Positions 7,363 through 14,700 of a DNA stretch of 20,000 nt are shown here, piece by piece. The translations under genes and the position numbers were made by a program. Source of the DNA: an uncultured virus (IMG/VR IMGVR_UViG_3300028610_002615). Taxonomy: Duplodnaviria; Heunggongvirae; Uroviricota; Caudoviricetes. The number at the start of each line of letters is the position of its first letter. Position 1 is the stretch's first letter. The DNA is taken from IMG/VR virus record IMGVR_UViG_3300028610_002615; one strand, given 5' to 3'. Below the pieces are notes generated by a model. It saw nothing but the letters and a program-made list of their open reading frames with translations. It was not told where the DNA came from and ran no database searches.

Positions 7363-7665
7363 ATGTCAGAAGGATATGAAAAATTTAAAGATTTTATTTC
7401 CAGTATAAATCTAAAGGCAATCGGTGGAGGTAATTTTAAGATTGGAAAAAAGTATGATGTATACTTTGAAGAATTATTTCTGGGTTTAACTTTAGATGAT
7501 AATCTTCTTTATGTTTATTATGAAAATTGTCCAGGTAGAGACTACTCTATTTTTAAATGGAATAAATCAAAAGAAGACTTTGACGATTTTGTTACAATCA
7601 TTGAAGAGTTGATGGATCGAACTACTATGGTCGGTTTAGCTTTTCATTTTATCAACAATAAATAA
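7363..7665 (+). CDS. hypothetical protein
   Basis: ORF with RBS GAAAGG. Confidence 0.7.
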   Translation: MSEGYEKFKDFISSINLKAIGGGNFKIGKKYDVYFEELFLGLTLDDNLLYVYYENCPGRDYSIFKWNKSKEDFDDFVTIIEELMDRTTMVGLAFHFINNK

Positions 7666-7682
7666 TCAAAGGATATGTTGCT

Positions 7683-8042
7683 ATGGGAATCGAAGTCTAT
7701 ACCGAAATACCAACTCCATTCAGAATAGCTGGACCATCTTATTCTCCACTCAAAACTGAAATTGAAGAATATGAAAGAGTTCATATAGGTGAAGGATACT
7801 ATGGCATTTTATTCCACAATGATCATGTAAACCTATGGCATATGGCTCTGGAAGATTGCGGTGCTTTGATAGGAACTGATCACTCGAAGATGAAATTAGT
7901 TAGAAAAGTCAAAGCTGATGTTTCAGGCGGTAACACAGAACTTATGAAAAAGCAGATTGAAATGGGAAAGAAACAACTGGCTATAGCAGATTATATTAGC
8001 CCAGAAGGATGGTTCAACCGCTTTCGGAAGGAGAAGAAATGA
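7683..8042 (+). CDS. hypothetical protein
   Basis: ORF with RBS AAAGGA. Confidence 0.75.
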   Translation: MGIEVYTEIPTPFRIAGPSYSPLKTEIEEYERVHIGEGYYGILFHNDHVNLWHMALEDCGALIGTDHSKMKLVRKVKADVSGGNTELMKKQIEMGKKQLAIADYISPEGWFNRFRKEKK

Positions 8043-8446
8043 GAAAAGCAAGACTCATAAAAGAGTTTATTGAACGAGATAACCAAGGAGACAGAACTCT
8101 CTGTGGGTTTCACAAAACAATTCAAGTTGATGATGTTCCTCCTATTGGTTATACAGTTACATTTCCAGAAGATGGCAGACTTGGCAGATTTTATATAGAA
8201 CGTGCTGATATTCAGAGTGAGAGTGGGAACGTTACTCTATACAGTACCAAGGAAATACAACGATATGAAAATTGGAACTATGAGCAATCTATATACATTA
8301 TGTTAAGCATGAGAACACAAGGATGGACAATCAAAAAACCTCATAAGAGAATTAAAGAAAAATGGAAAGAAGCCCAAGAAAAATTCAAAGTAAAAACATC
8401 ATCACGAAGCATCTTCACAGATACGAAGTTAAACATGGTCCTATAA
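8039..8446 (+). CDS. hypothetical protein
   Basis: ATGA overlap with upstream stop; SD AAGGAG. Confidence 0.7.
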   Translation: MRKARLIKEFIERDNQGDRTLCGFHKTIQVDDVPPIGYTVTFPEDGRLGRFYIERADIQSESGNVTLYSTKEIQRYENWNYEQSIYIMLSMRTQGWTIKKPHKRIKEKWKEAQEKFKVKTSSRSIFTDTKLNMVL

Positions 8447-8814
8447 CAGTTTTTGTTCATGACAATACAAACAGTAAAGATTGGAGAACAATAACTGCGT
8501 TTACAAAAAATGCTTCGGTTGCAGAATTATCTGACTTTGGTTCAATAATTCATATTGAAGGGTTAGATAACCCAGTTTATTACTTTAATCGAATCAAAGC
8601 TAAACTAAAGTTTGAAGGGACTGGAGAAGGAAAAGCTCTGATGATTGAAGTCTGTAAATTAGCTGATAAGCGTGGAATTACAATTCTTAATGAACTCAAT
8701 CCCTATGGTAAACGAGATATGGAAAGTCTCAAGGAATTCTTCGAAGCCTCTGGATTTAAAGAATTCAATGACAATAACACGATGGTAAGAAAACCAAAGG
8801 TGAAGAATGAATAA
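8362..8814 (+). CDS. GNAT-family N-acetyltransferase
   Basis: Acetyl-CoA motif FEGTGEGKALM and L..FFE.SGF ending; start uncertain. Confidence 0.7.
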   Translation: MERSPRKIQSKNIITKHLHRYEVKHGPITVFVHDNTNSKDWRTITAFTKNASVAELSDFGSIIHIEGLDNPVYYFNRIKAKLKFEGTGEGKALMIEVCKLADKRGITILNELNPYGKRDMESLKEFFEASGFKEFNDNNTMVRKPKVKNE

Positions 8815-9196
8815 ACTAATTCTAACAGTCGGATTGCCAAAAAGTGGAAAGACAACATGGGCATTAAAACAAGGGCATCCAGTTGTAAGTAGGGATGCAA
8901 TTCGATTAGCCCTACATGGTGAAGCATATTTACAATCGGCAGAGAATATGGTCAGCACAATTGAAGCATATATGGTTGCATCTCTATTCTATGCTGGTCA
9001 TGAAACTGTTATTATTGACGCCGCTCATTTAAGAAAAAGATATGTAGACAGATGGGAAAGCTCACTATGGGAACTTGAATTAAAGTTCTTTTCAACTCCA
9101 GCAGATATTTGCATCGAGAGAGCAGTGGCTGACGAAAAACCTGAATTAATTCCCATTATTAAAGCAATGGACAAACCTGAATACTATAACGGGTAA
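8807..9196 (+). CDS. P-loop kinase (AAA_33 / polynucleotide-kinase-like)
   Basis: GLPKSGKTTWA Walker A, SRDAIR, VIIDA, CIER. Confidence 0.85.
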   Translation: MNKLILTVGLPKSGKTTWALKQGHPVVSRDAIRLALHGEAYLQSAENMVSTIEAYMVASLFYAGHETVIIDAAHLRKRYVDRWESSLWELELKFFSTPADICIERAVADEKPELIPIIKAMDKPEYYNG

Positions 9197-9214
9197 AGTG
9201 AAAGGATAATAAAC

Positions 9215-9376
9215 ATGCCACCAATGGATGTAATCATAGGAAAAAGTGTTGCTATAATCTTAGTTGTGCTATTTATAGGAATCATATTTGCTGATTTATT
9301 TGCAAGTAAGAAATCTATCATCATAACTATGTGGAAGCAAATAGCGGCTCGCATATCTAAAAATCGGAAGAAATAG
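9215..9376 (+). CDS. small membrane protein (53 aa)
   Basis: MPPMDVIIGK...MWKQIAARISKNRKK-TAG; RBS GAAAGGA; below ORF-track cutoff. Confidence 0.65.
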   Translation: MPPMDVIIGKSVAIILVVLFIGIIFADLFASKKSIIITMWKQIAARISKNRKK

Positions 9377-9378
9377 AT

Positions 9379-9449
9379 ACCACGTGTAGCTCACCGGTAG
9401 AGCCTGAAAAGTTCGGTAGAAAGCAGTTCAATTTTGCTCCGTGGCACCA
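9379..9449 (+). pseudogene. degenerate tRNA-Phe(GAA)
   Basis: D arm GCTC/GAGC, loop CTGAAAA, T arm AGCAG-TTCAATT-TTGCT and ACCA end retained; 5' strand of anticodon stem missing, acceptor mispaired. Confidence 0.7.
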
Positions 9450-9467
9450 AATTTGAAAGGAATTGTT

Positions 9468-9848
9468 ATGTCTAGAGAAGCTGCTATATTTGTACTCGTC
9501 AGTGATGAAGATCAAACCATAAAACAATTGATATTGAAACACAAAGAACAGATCATGTCACTCATTAGATTTCATCAGCATGTAAATGAACTCAAAGAGA
9601 TGTCTGATTTTGAAGACACTCCTAATGAATATTTTGATAAAGTATTTCTCGATTATGATACATGCTACACCGAGTATGATCCTGACTATAAGAAAATATT
9701 CGACGTAAAAAAGGCAGAGTCTCTAATCGTTATTCTTACAGTCAACAGTGCTGGTTGTTGGGAAGGTCTTCAACCAATTCCATTAATCTATGGAAGAGGA
9801 ACTATGAGATACTATACAAAACTAAGAACTATTCATATGCCCAGTTAA
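9468..9848 (+). CDS. hypothetical protein
   Basis: ATG after GAAAGGA. Confidence 0.7.
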   Translation: MSREAAIFVLVSDEDQTIKQLILKHKEQIMSLIRFHQHVNELKEMSDFEDTPNEYFDKVFLDYDTCYTEYDPDYKKIFDVKKAESLIVILTVNSAGCWEGLQPIPLIYGRGTMRYYTKLRTIHMPS

Positions 9849-9937
9849 AATGAATCTCCATAATCCCATAATTTTAAGGGCGTGTGGAAGCAAATAACGG
9901 CTCGCATATCTGAAAATCGACAGAAGTAAAATGCCAC
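9847..9937 (+). repeat. composite junction scar (copy of 10445-10476 fused to copy of 9330-9383)
   Basis: Two imperfect direct repeats joined through a shared TGTG. Confidence 0.85.
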
Positions 9938-9941
9938 ACGT

Positions 9942-10020
9942 GGAGAGATAGCTCAGTCCGGTAGTAGCGCGAGGGTGAAGACCTCGGTCGTCACAGGTTC
10001 AATTCCTGTTCTCTCCACCA
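9942..10020 (+). tRNA. tRNA-Phe(GAA)
   Basis: GGAGAGA/TCTCTCC acceptor, CGAGG-GTGAAGA-CCTCG anticodon arm, ACCA end. Confidence 0.92.
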
Positions 10021-10040
10021 TAAATTAGAAAGGATTCTAA

Positions 10041-10274
10041 ATGAATGATAAACTATACAAAATTCTAACAAAGCTTCCAAGAAAAAATCTGATTCATTTA
10101 ATGTGGGAAGCTTTAGATGAAATGCAAGCACATAATGCACGCTCAAGAATGGAATGTATAATGTTAGCCCTTGAAGGTGCCACAGAAAGTAAAGAAAAGA
10201 AAGATGGTAGTATGTCATACAAAATTAAATCTTTAGCAGAAGTCAAACGGATAACCGAAAACATGGGACTTTGA
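10041..10274 (+). CDS. hypothetical protein
   Basis: ORF with RBS GAAAGGA. Confidence 0.7.
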   Translation: MNDKLYKILTKLPRKNLIHLMWEALDEMQAHNARSRMECIMLALEGATESKEKKDGSMSYKIKSLAEVKRITENMGL

Positions 10275-10278
10275 AATA

Positions 10279-10461
10279 ATGACAATAATTGAATTTTTAG
10301 AAGAAGATAGACATAAGAAACTATCATATGCATTAACCGATGGTTATGAGGTTATTATATGTGAACCTGGTATTGATGGAGAAACACTACTTACTACAGA
10401 TATTCACTCAATTCTAGAGGAGTTAATGGAGCACTATGGGCTGGAAAATGAATCTCCATAA
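10279..10461 (+). CDS. small acidic hypothetical protein
   Basis: Packed ORF ending just before tRNA-Val. Confidence 0.6.
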   Translation: MTIIEFLEEDRHKKLSYALTDGYEVIICEPGIDGETLLTTDIHSILEELMEHYGLENESP

Positions 10462-10467
10462 TTTTAA

Positions 10468-10544
10468 GGGCGTGTGAAGGCGAGAGGCTAGCCGTCATCC
10501 TTACAAGGTGAAATACGTAGGTTCGACTCCTACCGCGCCTACCA
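10468..10544 (+). tRNA. tRNA-Val(UAC)
   Basis: GGGCGTG/CGCGCCT acceptor, TCATC-CTTACAA-GGTGA anticodon arm, GTAGG-TTCGACT-CCTAC T arm, ACCA end. Confidence 0.88.
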
Positions 10545-10616
10545 TTACATTTCATTTGCAAAACATTACATAAAACGTAACATTTTGCAATTACTGCATC
10601 ATTGAAAGGATCATCC

Positions 10617-10859
10617 ATGGCACAAAAAGGTGGTTACTGGGTCCAAGCTGATATAGAAGATGAAGAAATTACATACTCATTTGAAGCTCACAAACCAAGA
10701 AAGTTAAGCAAACGTCTTCCTTGGTTGTATTGTGCTTATTGTGGATTGTTATTCTTAAGGAATCCGATAACTAAATGGTGTATAAAGATGGGATGTAATC
10801 ATTCTTATCATAATCAATATCAATACATGCTCAATAAAATGACAAAAAGGAGGGCTTGA
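10617..10859 (+). CDS. small Cys/His-containing protein
   Basis: H...CAYCG...C...GC; ATG after GAAAGGA. Confidence 0.7.
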   Translation: MAQKGGYWVQADIEDEEITYSFEAHKPRKLSKRLPWLYCAYCGLLFLRNPITKWCIKMGCNHSYHNQYQYMLNKMTKRRA

Positions 10860-11047
10860 ATCATGGGGCGGTGTCACATAAAAATTCCAAACGAAACTTC
10901 CATATAGTTGAACTTGGCGGTAATAAGTATAAACTTCAAATTAAAAAATTCGGAATATGGTTCTATGTTAGAAAGAATTTCAAACCAGTAGTGTTTGAAA
11001 GTTTTTCTAGTGTGGTTCATGAAGTCCAAAGAAGAACAAAAAAATGA
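10856..11047 (+). CDS. small basic hypothetical protein
   Basis: TTG start overlapping upstream TGA, SD AGGAGG. Confidence 0.6.
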   Translation: MNHGAVSHKNSKRNFHIVELGGNKYKLQIKKFGIWFYVRKNFKPVVFESFSSVVHEVQRRTKK

Positions 11048-11051
11048 ATAA

Positions 11052-11139
11052 GCGTGGGCTGGGCATGGTTGGCGAGCCCAAGAGATTGTAAATCTCCCGT
11101 CCTCGGACTGTGGCGGTTCGATCCCGTCCCTGCGCACCA
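11052..11139 (+). tRNA. tRNA-Tyr(GUA)
   Basis: GCGTGGG/CCTGCGC acceptor, GAGA-TTGTAAA-TCTC anticodon arm, variable arm GTCC/GGAC, ACCA end. Confidence 0.9.
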
Positions 11140-11149
11140 AAGGCGAATA

Positions 11150-11443
11150 ATGAAAAAGATACGAAACATAATAAATTATTTCAAAAACGTTGATCCATGT
11201 GGACCAGAGTCAAATTGTTTAGTTAAAGCAGCGTGTCATATTCGTCAACTGACACCTTGGATGAGAACTACACATTGTCCTGACTATACAAAATACAGTA
11301 AACGAAAAGCAAAATTCTCTGAAATAAAAGTTGAAACAATAGATTGGTTTTGGATTATTGTCATGTTAAGTAGTTTCTTGTTCATAGCCTTTATCTTTGG
11401 TTTGGGAATAATGAAATTTATCGAAATAATCAAGTGGTGGTAA
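11150..11443 (+). CDS. Cys-rich membrane-anchored protein (PC..CLVKxxC variant)
   Basis: DPCGPESNCLVKAAC; C-terminal hydrophobic helix. Confidence 0.65.
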   Translation: MKKIRNIINYFKNVDPCGPESNCLVKAACHIRQLTPWMRTTHCPDYTKYSKRKAKFSEIKVETIDWFWIIVMLSSFLFIAFIFGLGIMKFIEIIKWW

Positions 11444-11445
11444 AA

Positions 11446-11685
11446 ATGCAAAATCCATGTGATCTATGTATTATCAAAGTTAATTGTACTCAAGTGTGTT
11501 TCGCAAAACATAATAATAACAACTTAATTAAAACTGCTCTTGCGCAAACAATGAGAAGAGGAAGAGTTCACCCCAATCATGTTACAGAATGGACGAAATA
11601 TCACGGTTTGTATAACCAGTGTTTAACTGACATAGCAAATATACAATGTAGAGCAAGAGATGCTAAAGAGCAATCACCAATTTAA
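11446..11685 (+). CDS. small Cys-rich protein (PCxxCxxxxxC family)
   Basis: NPCDLCIIKVNCTQVC. Confidence 0.7.
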   Translation: MQNPCDLCIIKVNCTQVCFAKHNNNNLIKTALAQTMRRGRVHPNHVTEWTKYHGLYNQCLTDIANIQCRARDAKEQSPI

Positions 11686-11727
11686 TTTAGAACATATATC
11701 AAATTCCATTTATAAAGGAGACTTAGT

Positions 11728-11880
11728 ATGGAAAAAGAATGTAAAGATCCTACTGACTACAGCGAGGAAAAAAGCAGCATTCATGAAGAAACTGACTGCA
11801 TAGACGGCGCCTGCAATTGGTGTGACAATACCCCCGCACAGTCCGAAGATCGAGAATATAGTGACAAAGAAGGTGGATAG
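11728..11880 (+). CDS. acidic 50-aa leader-like peptide ending Gly-Gly-amber
   Basis: SD AAAGGAG, ATG 11728, MEKECKDPTDY...DKEGG-TAG; the frame has one more TAG (11893) and then stays open to TAA 11962-11964. Confidence 0.65.
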   Translation: MEKECKDPTDYSEEKSSIHEETDCIDGACNWCDNTPAQSEDREYSDKEGG

Positions 11881-11976
11881 GTAACCCCGCCATAGGGTCG
11901 TTCAAGAGACCCTCCTGTTGTTTTAAAACGACATATAACCGTTTTTAATGTTGATTTAAAATAACATCAAGGAGGG
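11872..11976 (+). promoter_or_regulatory. putative translational attenuator (anti-SD/SD switch)
   Basis: CCCTCCT 11910-11916 is complementary to SD AGGAGGG 11970-11976 and overlaps hairpin AGGGTC/GACCCT 11894-11913. Confidence 0.55.
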
Positions 11977-11984
11977 AATTTAGA

Positions 11985-12305
11985 ATGACTTTCAAAGAGC
12001 TTAAAAAGAAAATCAAGGAAGAGCAGAAGTTTTTAGCACAACAAATTAAACTCGGCAAGCCTTTAAGGAAACCGAAGGTTTATGATGAAGCGGAACCTGA
12101 TTCAATCACTGCTTATCATAACTTAGATTGGAATGTGAAAGAGTTTAGACATACTCATATCATGTATTGTCAATTCTTTAATAACACTCCATATGCTTTA
12201 ATTGAGCAACCCAGAGATGAGAACAAACCAAGTTCTTATATGCTCGACGCCATCAAATCTGAGTGGTTGGGGTTGCTTGATGAAGCTCTACGTGATTGTG
12301 CGTAA
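11985..12305 (+). CDS. hypothetical protein overlapping the PTH2-like gene
   Basis: Strong SD; FRHTHIMYC motif; 26-nt overlap with next gene. Confidence 0.8.
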   Translation: MTFKELKKKIKEEQKFLAQQIKLGKPLRKPKVYDEAEPDSITAYHNLDWNVKEFRHTHIMYCQFFNNTPYALIEQPRDENKPSSYMLDAIKSEWLGLLDEALRDCA

Positions 12306-12570
12306 GGACTTAACTCATTCACAACGGGCTGTGCAGGCAGGTCATGCGTTAGCAGAATACTTGCTTCACAGCCCTTATTTCCGTTGGAAAAATGAAACCC
12401 TCATCTATCTGGGTGTTAAGGGTCTCAAACAGTTAGAAAATCTAAAACGGAAATTAGAGCTACACGGTATCAACTATGTTGAATTTCGTGAACCTGATCT
12501 TAATAATGAAGTGACAGCAATTGCTTCAGATGAGGATTGTAAAATCTTCAGAAAGATGAACTTATTATGA
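12280..12570 (+). CDS. PTH2-family peptidyl-tRNA hydrolase-like protein
   Basis: KLYVIVRKDL, AVQAGHA and FREPDL..EVTAIA motifs. Confidence 0.85.
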   Translation: MKLYVIVRKDLTHSQRAVQAGHALAEYLLHSPYFRWKNETLIYLGVKGLKQLENLKRKLELHGINYVEFREPDLNNEVTAIASDEDCKIFRKMNLL

Positions 12571-12804
12571 GCACACTAGCTGAATCATTCGGTAAATTAT
12601 GCTGTGATATTTGTCCTCTTCTAAACTGTTATGAAAGGGGGAACTTGTTATAAATGCAATTGTTTCATAGATGATTCTATAAAAGTAAGAGAGCATTGTG
12701 ATCACAAAACATTGCCTTCAAACTGTCCTTTGAAAAATGGACTTATAGTCAAAGTATATATGTCAGATGAAGGTAATTTGTTAATTGGTCATGATCACAT
12801 TTAA
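12567..12804 (+). pseudogene. Cys-rich small gene apparently split by a +1 frameshift
   Basis: MSTLAESFGKLCCDICPLLNCYE stops early; the +1 frame across GAAAGGGGGAA continues GGTCYKCNC...CPL to TAA. Confidence 0.45.
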
Positions 12805-12860
12805 CTTGGTGGACTAGATATGAAGATTGTAAAATCTTCAGAAGGATGAATTTATTATGA
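12800..12860 (+). repeat. composite junction scar (copy of 13224-13236 next to copy of 12530-12570)
   Basis: 13/13 and 38/41 direct repeats. Confidence 0.85.
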
Positions 12861-13228
12861 ATGAAGAGTCCATAAGAATTGCACAAAAAATTGCTCAACA
12901 AAAACCGACTACAATTACTATTCTGGGAAATACTGACCCAACATATTCAACTACCTGTTTCTTTGAAGTGCTTATGATTAGTTCAATTAATCCTGAACGA
13001 ATGATTACTTTAGGTCATAAAAGAAAAACTTCAATATGGGTAGATAGAGTAGACCTTTGGATAATAGACACAATTAAAATTATTCACCCTGATTATGAAA
13101 TAGTTAAATTTCATGATATGTATGTTGTGGGAGAATATTCTATAGAAGAACCTCCATACTATTCTGAAGAGCATGGAGTTTGTGTCGACTATGGTGGAAA
13201 TATTGAAGTCAGGTCTTTAAACTTTTAA
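12857..13228 (+). CDS. hypothetical protein
   Basis: ATG lies in the duplicated PTH2 end (ATGA). Confidence 0.65.
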   Translation: MNEESIRIAQKIAQQKPTTITILGNTDPTYSTTCFFEVLMISSINPERMITLGHKRKTSIWVDRVDLWIIDTIKIIHPDYEIVKFHDMYVVGEYSIEEPPYYSEEHGVCVDYGGNIEVRSLNF

Positions 13229-13234
13229 CTTGGT

Positions 13235-13310
13235 GGGCCGGTAGTTCAGATGGCGGAACGAAGGACTCTAAATCCTTGCTACGTGGGTTCGAGCCCCATC
13301 CGGCCCTCCA
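13235..13310 (+). tRNA. amber suppressor tRNA(CUA)
   Basis: 76-nt cloverleaf: GGGCCGG/CCGGCCC, D stem GTTC/GAAC, AAGGA-CTCTAAA-TCCTT, GTGGG-TTCGAGC-CCCAT, T73, CCA. Confidence 0.93.
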
Positions 13311-13326
13311 TACAAAGGAGTGGAGA

Positions 13327-13920
13327 ATGAAAAAAATTTTTGAAATCCTTAAAGAATCATTTTTGAAAGGGTTTAAGGGAGGATTCAATCTATCTCGTTA
13401 CGGCAAATTAAAAGATCCTAAACCTGAGATGCTCATAAACAAAAATCACAAATCTTTAGCTGAAAGTATATTCGATACTTCTTGCATGACTTTAAATGAA
13501 ACTGGTATAATGTATCCATCATTTTTCCTGATCAAAAAAAATCAATTTACACCGGTCATTCTTGATCCAGAGTCGTTAGAAGAAACCGATATTCAAGGGT
13601 ATGCAAGTATGGTCACAAACATTGCAGACGATCAAGACGCTGACGCTATGTTTTTCATATCTGAACAATGGAGGGTTAAAAGAAAACTAACTGACGAAGA
13701 AATAAAAGAATTTGATGAAGGTAAAAAAATTCCAAGTCTAGATCCCGACAGACAAGAGATTTTATGCCTCGTTTATCTAACTTCTAAAGGTGAAATGAGA
13801 AGTCTTATAGGAGCAATTGAAAGAGGTATTGATAATACTCCTTTTGTTAGAGAGTCAAAATGGAGTAATTACCAAGGAATGAATGCCAACAATCCCACTT
13901 TATTTCAACCTTGGAGATAG
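13327..13920 (+). CDS. hypothetical protein
   Basis: ATG after AGGAGTGGAG; FISEQW and PSLDPDRQEIL segments; ends TAG TGA. Confidence 0.75.
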   Translation: MKKIFEILKESFLKGFKGGFNLSRYGKLKDPKPEMLINKNHKSLAESIFDTSCMTLNETGIMYPSFFLIKKNQFTPVILDPESLEETDIQGYASMVTNIADDQDADAMFFISEQWRVKRKLTDEEIKEFDEGKKIPSLDPDRQEILCLVYLTSKGEMRSLIGAIERGIDNTPFVRESKWSNYQGMNANNPTLFQPWR

Positions 13921-13922
13921 TG

Positions 13923-14147
13923 ATGCATATTAAAGAGGGTCATAGATGTAAGGGTTGTGTTGCATATGACAATCTAGAATCAAAAAGTTGTAAAATATAT
14001 ATAAGTGGAAAATCTAAAGAATGCCCATGCATAACTTGTATAGTTAAAGTAATGTGTAATAAGGCATGTGAACCTTATTACCACTTAAGACGAATTGTAA
14101 ACAAACAACTATATAAACACCACCATAAAAGAGGTGAATATGTCTGA
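13923..14147 (+). CDS. small Cys-rich protein (PCxxCxxxxxC family)
   Basis: CKGC...CPCITCIVKVMCNKAC; SD GGAG. Confidence 0.7.
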   Translation: MHIKEGHRCKGCVAYDNLESKSCKIYISGKSKECPCITCIVKVMCNKACEPYYHLRRIVNKQLYKHHHKRGEYV

Positions 14148-14700
14148 AATATTGAAACAAATAAGAGCTAACCTTAAAATAGCTATGTTGGCTGAAATTG
14201 AAATTAGAAAAACTGAGTCTTCTGGAGATTTAGATTTTATAACTTCACAACAATCATTGCTTGAAAAAAGTCAGAATCAAAAAACTGTCTCCAGATCTAT
14301 CATTAGCATGTTCCCACAGATCGGAAAAAAACCTGCTGATGCAACTGACGACGATGTTATCAAGTTGCTCAAGAGGTATATTAGTCAGGAGAAAGAAAGA
14401 CAGTTATATATTGACAAACACCTAACTGAAGTTGATGTTCGCGGTCTTAATCTTGGACAACTGAAAGAAGTAGTCAATAAGAAAATCCAAGAGTTAAAAG
14501 ATTCATTAACTTCTCCAGTAATTGAAATTGCACAATCCTATCTTCCCAAACAGGCAACAAAGTATGAAGTTACTTTATGGATAGCAGAAAATATTGATCT
14601 GGCCAGCTACAAAAACAAAATGCAGGCAATGGGTCCCATCATGAAGCAATTCAAAGGTTGCGATGGAAACTTTATAAGAAGCATTTTAATGAATCTATAA
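14140..14700 (+). CDS. GatB/YqeY-like domain protein
   Basis: Helical protein with TDDDVIKLLKRYI, YLPKQ and MQAMGPIMKQFKG.DG motifs. Confidence 0.7.
   Translation: MSEILKQIRANLKIAMLAEIEIRKTESSGDLDFITSQQSLLEKSQNQKTVSRSIISMFPQIGKKPADATDDDVIKLLKRYISQEKERQLYIDKHLTEVDVRGLNLGQLKEVVNKKIQELKDSLTSPVIEIAQSYLPKQATKYEVTLWIAENIDLASYKNKMQAMGPIMKQFKGCDGNFIRSILMNL

Noticed and set aside
9328..9386. Repeated GTGG...CCAC unit (also 9880-9941) as a novel tRNA-associated RNA motif
   Set aside because: It is the coding 3' end of ORF 9215-9376 and the copy keeps the same reading frame and stop position, so a junction scar explains it.
13235..13310. tRNA-Pyl
   Set aside because: Canonical D loop with GG, TTCGA T loop, 5-nt variable loop and U73; no pyl genes in the window.
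3989..13326. Long N-terminal extensions of ORFs starting at 3989, 4780, 6583, 9441, 11054 and 13276
   Set aside because: They run through tRNA genes; downstream ATGs with RBS-like sequences are the likelier starts.
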